A DNA stretch of 24,966 nucleotides, from positions 1-24,966 of the forward strand of contig JAYVNY010000153.1 in the NCBI GenBank assembly GCA_043758205.1, in the 5' to 3' direction. The stretch comes from Akkermansia sp. GTDB taxonomy: Bacteria; Verrucomicrobiota; Verrucomicrobiia; Limisphaerales; SIBH01. Under the pieces are notes generated by a model, which was given only the letters and a program-made list of their open reading frames with translations, was not told the DNA's origin and searched no databases. The position numbers and the translations under genes are program-made. Shown here in pieces: positions 15,500 through 23,503 of this stretch. Numbering within the stretch: the stretch's first letter is position 1; each line of letters starts with the position of its first letter.

Positions 15500-15804
15500 T
15501 ACAGTTTCATGGAGGTCAGGTCTTCGGTGTGCGCGGACTGGCGCTTGCGATAGAGCGCGACAATCAGCGCTAGGCCGACGGCGACTTCCGCCGCCGCGAC
15601 GGTGATGATGAAGAAGACCATGATCTGACCGTTCAGGTTGTTGTTGAAACGCGAGAAGGCGACGAGCGCGAGGTTCGAGGCGTTGAGCATGAGTTCGAGG
15701 CCCATGTACATGACCAGCAGGTTGCGCCGCAGGATGACGCCGAGCACGCCGAGGCTGAACAGCAGCGCGCTCACGACGAGATAATGTTCGAGAGTTACGG
15801 TCAT
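15499..15804 (-). CDS. nuoK: NADH-quinone oxidoreductase subunit K
   Basis: A 101-aa protein with three TM segments. [28 protein letters not shown] and [11 protein letters not shown]...[15 protein letters not shown] are typical NuoK blocks. The ATG at 15804 is chosen because upstream codons are repeat-adjacent and non-homologous. Confidence 0.9.
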   Translation of the reverse strand: MTVTLEHYLVVSALLFSLGVLGVILRRNLLVMYMGLELMLNASNLALVAFSRFNNNLNGQIMVFFIITVAAAEVAVGLALIVALYRKRQSAHTEDLTSMKL

Positions 15805-15888
15805 GCGCGAAAAAGATTCCGGTTGCCCAATGCGTGGTGATCGAGAAAACGCGTGCCGCACATTGCAGTCTCAGCGCTGAAGACGCGT

Positions 15889-16034
15889 GATTCGACAGCC
15901 CAGGGCAAAGCCCTGGGTCGCGGTTGCAAAACATGGTTCAGCCCTGAAGGGGCGGGACAAAGTTGTTTTGCCCTTTCAGGGCTGGCCACAAATCGGAATA
16001 CGCCACCCAGGGCTTTGCCCTGGGCTATCGAATT
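15889..16034. repeat. 146-nt triple-hairpin palindromic element in the nuoJ-nuoK gap
   Basis: H1 is cccagggcaaagccctggg (15899-15917). H2 is cagccctgaagggg...ccctttcagggctg (15939-15984). H3 is cccagggctttgccctggg (16006-16024), the exact reverse complement of H1. The outer flanks ttcgacagcccagggc and gccctgggctatcgaa also pair with one mismatch, so the whole unit is an imperfect palindrome. Confidence 0.85.
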
Positions 16035-16084
16035 GCGCCCCGTTGGGGCTGGTGGCATGGGCTGAAATGGTTCGCGGCGGATTT

Positions 16085-16585
<501 letters not shown>

Positions 16586-16588
16586 GTC

Positions 16589-17161
<573 letters not shown>

Positions 17162-17209
17162 TTCGATTTTCTCGCGACTGCCGCCTCGCGGTGCGTTTGC
17201 CTCAAACCG

Positions 17210-17831
17210 CTCTCATTAGCACCCGGCTTTAGCCGGGTGTGAGCGTCGCGCGTCGAGGGAAACCGTTTCAACGGTTTTCCTCCGGATGCCAGACCAAGCC
17301 ATATTTCTCGACCAACAACTTCAATTCTTCCGTGAAGTTTCTCCTGCGATGGTGCTCTTCCTGATTCGCGATGTAGCCACCGACCTCCTCGACTCCCGAG
17401 TGCGAAACCGAGAACGCGCCGTAGCCGCGCTGCCAGGCAAATTTGCCCGGAACCAGATTGCTTTCGTTCACCCAGTGTGACGAGCCGCCCTTGAGCAGTT
17501 GGAGCACTTCCTCGACGGGCCGGGTGACGGGCAAATCGATCAACGCGTGAACGTGATCCACGTTCACGTAGTTGATACGCATGTAGATGCCCTTCTCCTT
17601 GGCATACTCGTACAGGTGCGCGGAGAGTTTCGCGGCGGCAGGCGGGGCGAGAAGTGGACGACGCCCCAGCGTGGCCCACGTCAGGTGCAGCCAGCTGCGG
17701 CAATAAGAATGGAGCGGCATGGGGCGTCATCCTTTCTTGGTCGAGTTGTGGGCGGAATGAGAAGCCGCTAAAGCGGCTGAAAACTCACGTGCGGATGGAG
17801 TCACCCGGCTAAAGCCGGGTGCTAATGAGAG
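17210..17831 (-). mobile_element. RAYT/IS200-like gene bracketed by perfect 30-nt inverted REP hairpins
   Basis: ctctcattagcacccggctttagccgggtg (17210-17239) is the exact reverse complement of cacccggctaaagccgggtgctaatgagag (17802-17831). Each copy contains an 8-bp GC stem with a tetraloop. Additional hairpins lie at 17258-17280 (ggaaaccg/cggttttcc) and 17763-17778 (agccgc taaa gcggct). Confidence 0.85.
17268..17720 (-). CDS. IS200/IS605-like Y1 (HUH) transposase, REP-associated (RAYT-like)
   Basis: A 150-aa protein. The HUH motif is VDHVHALI. The C-terminal GGYIANQEEHH matches the catalytic-tyrosine helix (YIxNQxxHH) of Y1 transposases. The size and the flanking REP hairpins fit a RAYT. Confidence 0.85.
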   Translation of the reverse strand: MPLHSYCRSWLHLTWATLGRRPLLAPPAAAKLSAHLYEYAKEKGIYMRINYVNVDHVHALIDLPVTRPVEEVLQLLKGGSSHWVNESNLVPGKFAWQRGYGAFSVSHSGVEEVGGYIANQEEHHRRRNFTEELKLLVEKYGLVWHPEENR

Positions 17832-17851
17832 AGGAACTGGAAAGTACGTCA

Positions 17852-18976
17852 TCATTTCGTCGTGCCTGTCGTGAACCACAGCACAATGGCGGTGAGCAAA
17901 ATATTCACCAGCGCTAGCGGGATGAATCTGCGCCAGCCCAGATCCATCAATTGATCGTAACGGAAGCGCGGGAGCATCCAACGCACCCAGATGATCAGGA
18001 CCATGAACGCCAGCAGCTTGCCCAGGAAGATTCCGATGTGCGCGAGTCCCATCGGGATGCTCGTCGCGGGTTGATCGAGTCCCGCGAAAGGCAGCGTCCA
18101 GCCGCCGAAGAACAGCACGACCATCATCGCCGACACCGCGACCATCGCCGCGTATTCGCCCATGAAGAACAGGCCGAAGCGCATCGAGCTGTATTCAGTG
18201 TGATAACCGCCGACGAGTTCGGTCTCGGATTCCGGCAAGTCAAAGGGCAGACGGTTCGTTTCCGCGAACGCCGCCACGAGGAAAATGCAGAACGAGAGGA
18301 AGGTGCAGGGCCAGAGCACGTAGCTCTGCCACGTCTGCTCGCTCGCCATGAACGGCAACGCGAACCAGCCAAACTTTGCCTGATAGGCGATCACTTCACT
18401 GAGGTTCAACTGCCCGACGAGCATGAAAATTGGGATGACCGACATGCCCATCGAAAGCTCGTAGGAAATCATCTGCGCGCTGGAGCGGATGCCGCCGAGG
18501 AACGGATACTTCGAGTTCGACGCGTAGCCCGCGAGCACGATGCCATAGACCGCGAGCGACACGATGCCGAACGTGTAGAGGATGCCGACGTTCAAATCGG
18601 CGATGACCATGCGCTGATTGCCGAGATTTGAGCCGAAGGGAATCACCGCCACCGTCATGAGCGCGGGAATCATCGCGATGGCGGGCGCGAGGGAAAAATA
18701 GATTTTGCGCACCCCCGCCGGCGTAAAGTCTTCCTTGAGGATGAACTTCAAGCCGTCCGCGAGCGGTTGGAAAATGCCGAGACTGATCAGGAACGGGCCG
18801 ATGATCGGAACCTTGGCGAGCAACGGCGGTGCCGTGCGGTTCGGTCCCACGCGATCCTGAATCCACGCCGAGATTTTGCGCTCCGCCAGCACCGCGTAGG
18901 CGACGATGGGCATGACCGCGAGGAAGATCACCGCGAGGATCTTCACCAGACTCCAAATGACAAAGTTCCAGTCCAT
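17852..18976 (-). CDS. nuoH: NADH-quinone oxidoreductase subunit H
   Basis: A 374-aa polytopic protein. Typical blocks are AERKISAWIQDRVGPNR, FQPLADGLKFILKEDFTP, AETNRLPFDLPESETELVGGYHTEYS and FFMGEY. The ATG lies 4 nt after the nuoG stop. Confidence 0.93.
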   Translation of the reverse strand: MDWNFVIWSLVKILAVIFLAVMPIVAYAVLAERKISAWIQDRVGPNRTAPPLLAKVPIIGPFLISLGIFQPLADGLKFILKEDFTPAGVRKIYFSLAPAIAMIPALMTVAVIPFGSNLGNQRMVIADLNVGILYTFGIVSLAVYGIVLAGYASNSKYPFLGGIRSSAQMISYELSMGMSVIPIFMLVGQLNLSEVIAYQAKFGWFALPFMASEQTWQSYVLWPCTFLSFCIFLVAAFAETNRLPFDLPESETELVGGYHTEYSSMRFGLFFMGEYAAMVAVSAMMVVLFFGGWTLPFAGLDQPATSIPMGLAHIGIFLGKLLAFMVLIIWVRWMLPRFRYDQLMDLGWRRFIPLALVNILLTAIVLWFTTGTTK

Positions 18977-18980
18977 CGCG

Positions 18981-20681
18981 TCAGATTTGCACCGTTACGC
19001 CGGTGTCGCCGAGTGCGGCCCAGGTCACGCCGTTGAAGCCCGGCACTTCCTTCGCCATCTGGTTGAACAGACCTTCGATGCTCACGAAGCCGTTCTGGCC
19101 TGTGACGCTGTGAACCAGCTCGTGCAGGAATTCCCACTCGGGTCGCGCATCGCCGCGCGGCTCGACGGCTTTCGTGAAACGCTGCACGCGGCCTTTGATG
19201 TTCGTGAACGAACCGCGCTTCTCGGCGTGCGCGCAGCCGGGCAACAGGTAATGCGCCGCCTCAGTCGTCTTGTTCGGCAAAATGTCGCTGACGATGAGCG
19301 TGTCGAGTTTCGCCAGCAAGTCGGCGCCGAGGCCATGCTTGGTAACGTCTTCACCGAAGACGATGAGTGTCTTGATTTTGCCCGCACGAATGCCGTCCGC
19401 GATCTTCGGGAAGTTGCGGCCCATCTCGGCGTGGCAATCCACGATGCCGGTCAGAATCGCGCCGTTGGTGTTCGGGTTCTTGTCGGCCACGACAAGCAGC
19501 TTGTCCGCTTCACCATTGCGCGGGACAGAATCAGTGATCGCATCCAGCTTGGTCGCAAGTTTTTTGAGCAGGAACAACTCTTCGTTGGTCTGGCGTGCCG
19601 AGGCAACGATGGCCACGGAGCCAGCAGCAGCTTTGCGCAACAATTCAGAAATCTCACCAAGCGCAGAATTCCAACCAGCAACCTTCAACTTTGAACCAGC
19701 CACCTTCGTCAGCCGCTTGTCGCTGCCGATCCATTTATAGTTCAGCCGCCCCGCGTCGCACATCCACGTCGCGTTCACCGCGTCATTCTCGCGCGGTTCG
19801 TAGCGATAGACTTTGTCCTCGCGCGACCCCATGACCGTGTTGCAACCGGTGCCGCAGCTTGTGCAGAGGCTCTTGGTTTCCTTGAGAAACCACACGCGCA
19901 TCTGGAAACGAAAATCCTTCGACGTGAGCGCGCCCACGGGACAGATGTCCACGGTGTTGAGCGTGTAGTTGTTGTCGAACGGCTGGCCGGGGAACGCGGA
20001 GATGGTGTTGTAGCTGCCGCGGTTCACGATGCCGAGCGCGTCATCGCCCGCGACGTCTTTGGTGAACCGGATGCACCGCGTGCAGAGGACACAACGCTCG
20101 GCGTCGAGCACTATGCGCGGCCCGAGATCGATGCGCTTGGGTTTGTGAACCTTCACCTCGACGAAGCGGCTCTGCGCCTGGCCATAATCGACCGAATACT
20201 CCTGGAGCTTGCACTCGCCGGCCTGATCGCAAATCGGGCAGTCGAGCGGATGATTGATGAGCAGCGATTCGAGCACGCCCTCACGCATCTGCTTCACGCC
20301 CGGAGTGGTCGTGTAAATCTCCATGCCCGGCGAAATCGGCGTGGCGCAGGCGATGGCGGGGCGCGGCGACTTGGCAATCTTCGGCGAGCCGTCTTCGTTG
20401 AGCAGCGGCTTGCGATCCGGTCCCATCGCCGGCGTGCCGAACTCGACGAGGCACATGCGGCAGTTGCCTGCGACCGGCAGCTTCGGATGATAGCAGTAGT
20501 GCGGCACGTCGATCTTCGCGAGTGCCGTGACCTGAATCATCGTGGTCGCCACCGGCTTGCCCGTGACCGGATCGGGCATCGTCTTCGGCACGGCGATGGC
20601 CTTGCCATCCACCTTCACGGTGATGGTTTCGACCGCCGGCGCGGCGGGCTTCGGTTCAGTTGTGGCTGCGGTGGACATCAT
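18981..20681 (-). CDS. nuoG: NADH-quinone oxidoreductase subunit G (short form, 566 aa)
   Basis: The N-terminal 2Fe-2S region reads VDGKAIAV...HYCYHPKLPVAGNCRMCLVE. Further clusters are HPLDCPICDQAGECKLQ and CVLCTRCIRF...CPVGA. A molybdopterin-oxidoreductase-like domain follows. The ATG at 20681 overlaps the stop of the upstream Uma2 gene (TAATG), and a second ATG lies at 20678. Confidence 0.9.
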   Translation of the reverse strand: MMSTAATTEPKPAAPAVETITVKVDGKAIAVPKTMPDPVTGKPVATTMIQVTALAKIDVPHYCYHPKLPVAGNCRMCLVEFGTPAMGPDRKPLLNEDGSPKIAKSPRPAIACATPISPGMEIYTTTPGVKQMREGVLESLLINHPLDCPICDQAGECKLQEYSVDYGQAQSRFVEVKVHKPKRIDLGPRIVLDAERCVLCTRCIRFTKDVAGDDALGIVNRGSYNTISAFPGQPFDNNYTLNTVDICPVGALTSKDFRFQMRVWFLKETKSLCTSCGTGCNTVMGSREDKVYRYEPRENDAVNATWMCDAGRLNYKWIGSDKRLTKVAGSKLKVAGWNSALGEISELLRKAAAGSVAIVASARQTNEELFLLKKLATKLDAITDSVPRNGEADKLLVVADKNPNTNGAILTGIVDCHAEMGRNFPKIADGIRAGKIKTLIVFGEDVTKHGLGADLLAKLDTLIVSDILPNKTTEAAHYLLPGCAHAEKRGSFTNIKGRVQRFTKAVEPRGDARPEWEFLHELVHSVTGQNGFVSIEGLFNQMAKEVPGFNGVTWAALGDTGVTVQI

Positions 20682-21388
20682 TACTTTCCAGCAATCTTTT
20701 TCACGAATGCGGTGTGCTCCGCGCTGCGCAAACCTTTGTCGAGGACCGTCGAGACGCGGCGATGTTCGCCGGCCAGCAAGGCGCGGAGATCGAGCCAGAG
20801 TCCCGGAAATACCTGGCTGCAATGCACGCCGTCGTGGCGCGGCTTGAGCGCGACGTACGCCCCGTCGCGCAACGTCCACCAGTCCAACCGTGCATCCAGC
20901 ACCCGCCAGAGCAAATACTCCTGCACGCCCAGGCGCTCGTACACATCGCGCTTCTCGTGCGAATCGTAGTCACTGCTGCTGACGGCGACTTCCGCGACGA
21001 GTTCGGGCGCGCCTTCAATGTAGTTGTCCGCAGAGATTCGAGAGCGGCCCAGCGCGGGCGATTCGATGCGTAAAAGGCAGTCGGGTTGGAATTCGTTTTT
21101 GTTGTCGAGACGGACGGATGGAGTGATGCGTGAAACCACGCCCGCCGTTTCGGAAGCGTAGCGGGCAAGATAGAGGAAGACATCGTTGTGCGATCCACTG
21201 TGCATCTCACTGGTCGGTGGTGGCATAAAGACAATCCCCTCAATCAACTCCGCGCGCCGCAGGTGGGGCATCGCATCCCAACGCCGTTCAAATTCGACGC
21301 GAGACAGATGATCGCCGTTGCACAACGGAGCCACCGCCGGCTTGGCGGGCTTGGACATTTTTGCTTTGTTGAGTGTGGCGGTGCTCAT
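20681..21388 (-). CDS. Uma2-family (DUF820) PD-(D/E)xK putative endonuclease
   Basis: AELIEGIVFMPPPTSEMHS, FQPDCLL and APELVAEVAVSSSDYDSHEKRDVYERLGVQEYLLWRV match the Uma2 pattern (ELIxGxxxMxP, PD, PxLVxEVxS...D...K...Y...GVxEYW). The putative D/E/K catalytic residues are intact. The start is 21388 or the internal ATG at 21358. Confidence 0.8.
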   Translation of the reverse strand: MSTATLNKAKMSKPAKPAVAPLCNGDHLSRVEFERRWDAMPHLRRAELIEGIVFMPPPTSEMHSGSHNDVFLYLARYASETAGVVSRITPSVRLDNKNEFQPDCLLRIESPALGRSRISADNYIEGAPELVAEVAVSSSDYDSHEKRDVYERLGVQEYLLWRVLDARLDWWTLRDGAYVALKPRHDGVHCSQVFPGLWLDLRALLAGEHRRVSTVLDKGLRSAEHTAFVKKIAGK

Positions 21389-21397
21389 GCGTGCAGC

Positions 21398-22837
21398 TTA
21401 CGTGCTTTGCGGACTCGCTGCGATCTTCAAATCTTGTGTCGGGCCAGCGCCGCTTTTGGGGCGACGCGCTTCGTCCGCCGCTCCTTTGGCGATGAACTCG
21501 TCTTTGAACTTCCCGACAAAACTTTGCACGGGCCACGAACAGGCTTCGCCGAAGGCGCAGATGGTGCGGCCGCCGGGAATGTTGTTCGCGATGCCGAGCA
21601 GGTAATCCGCGTCGCTCTTGCGGCCTTCGCCATGCGAAAGGCGATGGAGCGCCTTCGACATCCAAAGCGAGCCTTCGCGGCAGGGCGTGCATTGGCCGCA
21701 ACTCTCGTGCGCGTAAAACTCGGCGATGTTCGCCAGCGCCTCGACGATATCGACCGAGTCGTCCATCACGATGATGGCGCTGGAGCCGGACATCGAGCCG
21801 GCGGCGGCGAGCGAGTCGAAGTCGTAGGGCAGGTCGAGCATGTCGGTTTCGACCTCGGTCGTGGTGCCGTCCGCGCCTTTCTTCTTGAGCTTGAATTTCT
21901 CGCCGGCCTTGAAAACTTTTGCGGATGAACCGCCGGGGATGACCGCCTTCAACTTGCGGCCGTCGCGCAGACCGCCGCCGAAGTCCGCGTGGAAGATCAG
22001 TTCACCAATCGTGACCTTGCCGACTTCGATTTCGTAATAGCCCGGCTTCTTCACGTTTCCGCTCAGGCTCACGATGCGCGTGCCGGTGTTGTTCGGTGTG
22101 CCGAGCTTCGCGAACGCGCCCGCGCCCATCTCGACGATGTGCTTCACGTTGCAGAGCGTCTCGACGTTGTTGACGATGGTCGGGCACATCCACAGGCCGA
22201 GGATGGCCGGGAAATACGGCGGCTTGATGCGTGGGTAGGGCCGCTTGCCTTCGAGCGATTCAATCAGGCCCGTTTCTTCGCCGCAGATGTAAGCGCCGGC
22301 GCCGCGATGCACGTGCATTTCCAAATCGAAGCCGCTGCCAAGGATGTTCTTGCCGAGGAAGCCCTTCGCGCGCACCTCCTTCAACGCGCGATTCAAAATG
22401 CGCGCACCCTCGGGCATCTCGCCGCGAATGTAGATGTAGGCCAGCTTCACGTCGTTCGCGAAGCACGAGATGATCATACCCTCGATCAACTGGTGCGGAT
22501 CTTTGTGGATGATCTGGCGGTCCTTGAACGTCCCCGGCTCGGATTCGTCCGCGTTGCAGATGAGGTAAATGGGCTTGCCGCTGCGGCGATCCACGAACGA
22601 CCACTTGAGTCCGCACGAGAAGCCCGCACCGCCACGGCCGCGCAGCCCCGACGCCTTGACGTCTTCGCGGATGACTTCCTGCGGGGACAGCTTCTTGCCG
22701 TCCGGCAAATCCTTCGGCGCAGTCGCGAGCGCCTTCTTCAAGCCCTCGTAGCCGCCGTGACGTAGGTAGCACTCGAGGTCATTCGAGTAGCCGGCGGCGT
22801 CGGCGTGCTTGAGAATGAGGCGAAATTGCTCGGGCAT
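21398..22837 (-). CDS. nuoF: NADH-quinone oxidoreductase subunit F (FMN/NADH-binding, 4Fe-4S)
   Basis: GLRGRGGAGFSCGLKW is the FMN/NADH site, followed by CNADESEPGTFKDR. ESCGQCTPCREG is the N3 cluster. About 35 aa at the C-terminus form a low-complexity tail. Confidence 0.95.
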   Translation of the reverse strand: MPEQFRLILKHADAAGYSNDLECYLRHGGYEGLKKALATAPKDLPDGKKLSPQEVIREDVKASGLRGRGGAGFSCGLKWSFVDRRSGKPIYLICNADESEPGTFKDRQIIHKDPHQLIEGMIISCFANDVKLAYIYIRGEMPEGARILNRALKEVRAKGFLGKNILGSGFDLEMHVHRGAGAYICGEETGLIESLEGKRPYPRIKPPYFPAILGLWMCPTIVNNVETLCNVKHIVEMGAGAFAKLGTPNNTGTRIVSLSGNVKKPGYYEIEVGKVTIGELIFHADFGGGLRDGRKLKAVIPGGSSAKVFKAGEKFKLKKKGADGTTTEVETDMLDLPYDFDSLAAAGSMSGSSAIIVMDDSVDIVEALANIAEFYAHESCGQCTPCREGSLWMSKALHRLSHGEGRKSDADYLLGIANNIPGGRTICAFGEACSWPVQSFVGKFKDEFIAKGAADEARRPKSGAGPTQDLKIAASPQST

Positions 22838-22846
22838 ATCAGCGTC

Positions 22847-22874
22847 TTGACTCAGGAATGAAACTCCCTACCTT
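22847..22874 (+). promoter_or_regulatory. Putative sigma70-type promoter of tRNA-Gln
   Basis: TTGACT (22847-22852) is followed by a 16-nt spacer and TACCTT (22869-22874). The hexamer ends 16 nt upstream of the mature tRNA 5' end. The hexamer pair matches the one upstream of tRNA-Ala. Confidence 0.35.
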
Positions 22875-22890
22875 CTCGCGGCTCTGGCAC

Positions 22891-22964
22891 TGCCCGATGG
22901 TGTAACGGTAGCACAAGCGACTCTGAATCGCTTTGTCATGGTTCAAATCCATGTCGGGCAGCCA
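22891..22964 (+). tRNA. tRNA-Gln (anticodon CTG), CCA encoded, antisense to the nuo operon
   Basis: It folds as tgcccga tg gtgt aacggta gcac a agcga ctCTGaa tcgct ttgt catgg ttcaaat ccatg tcgggca g cca (74 nt). U1:A72 and G73 are the features known for bacterial tRNA-Gln. The T-loop TTCAAAT and the D-loop GG occur only in the plus orientation. Confidence 0.88.
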
Positions 22965-22966
22965 AT

Positions 22967-23503
22967 TCATTTGCACTTCCCCAAAATCTCGTCTGCCTTC
23001 GCATTTGAGACGCCTTCGTAAAAATCCTCGTTGCACATCATCACCGGGGCGGTCCCGCAGCTTGCGAGGCATTCGACAAATTCAACCGTGTATTTGCCGT
23101 CCTTCGTGGTTTGCGGGCCGTGCGCGTGGGAATTCAGCCCCAGGCGCGAGCAGAAATGTTCGTGCAGTTCGCCGGAGCCGCCGAGCGCGCAGCTCAATGT
23201 GCGGCAAACTTTGAGGTGATGCTTCCCCACCGGCGCGCGTTGCAGCATCGGATAGAAGGTCACGATCTCGTAGATGTTGATTGGTGAAAGTCCGAGCTTC
23301 TTCGCCGCCCAAGTCACGGACTCCTGCGGAATCCAGCCGTGCGCCTCTTGGATGGCGTGCAGCACCATGAGCGAGGCGGCGCGTGCCTTGTCCGCGGGAT
23401 AATGCGTGAGCAACTCGGCGACTTCCGCTTCGAGCGCGGGCGTGGGTTTCCACGTCGGGTCGGGCCGAAGCTCATTCGGGATTGGATCGAAGTGCTCGCT
23501 CAT
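22967..23503 (-). CDS. nuoE: NADH-quinone oxidoreductase subunit E (2Fe-2S)
   Basis: YEIVTFYPM is present. The cysteine pattern KVCRTLSCALGG ... VECLASCGTAP gives Cx4C...Cx3C. The ATG overlaps the nuoD stop (ATGA). Confidence 0.93.
   Translation of the reverse strand: MSEHFDPIPNELRPDPTWKPTPALEAEVAELLTHYPADKARAASLMVLHAIQEAHGWIPQESVTWAAKKLGLSPINIYEIVTFYPMLQRAPVGKHHLKVCRTLSCALGGSGELHEHFCSRLGLNSHAHGPQTTKDGKYTVEFVECLASCGTAPVMMCNEDFYEGVSNAKADEILGKCK

Noticed and set aside
15500-15934. 145-codon N-terminal extension of the nuoL ORF, and the 19-codon extension of nuoK to 15861
   Set aside because: The nuoL extension overlaps nuoK in another frame. The conserved NuoL and NuoK N-termini start at 15499 and 15804, with tight operon spacing.
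20682-20879. 66-codon upstream extension of the nuoG ORF
   Set aside because: It overlaps the 3' end of the Uma2 gene in another frame (R/A/P-rich). NuoG homology (the 2Fe-2S domain) begins right after the ATG at 20681/20678.
22891-22964. Reading the tRNA on the minus strand, co-oriented with nuo, as tRNA-Leu(CAG)
   Set aside because: The reverse complement lacks a TTCxAxT T-loop, D-loop GG, 3' CCA and the long variable arm required for tRNA-Leu. Only the plus orientation gives a canonical cloverleaf.
22839-23072. 77-aa minus-strand ORF spanning the nuoE/nuoF gap
   Set aside because: It is mostly antisense to tRNA-Gln and overlaps the 3' end of nuoE in another frame. It has no motifs.
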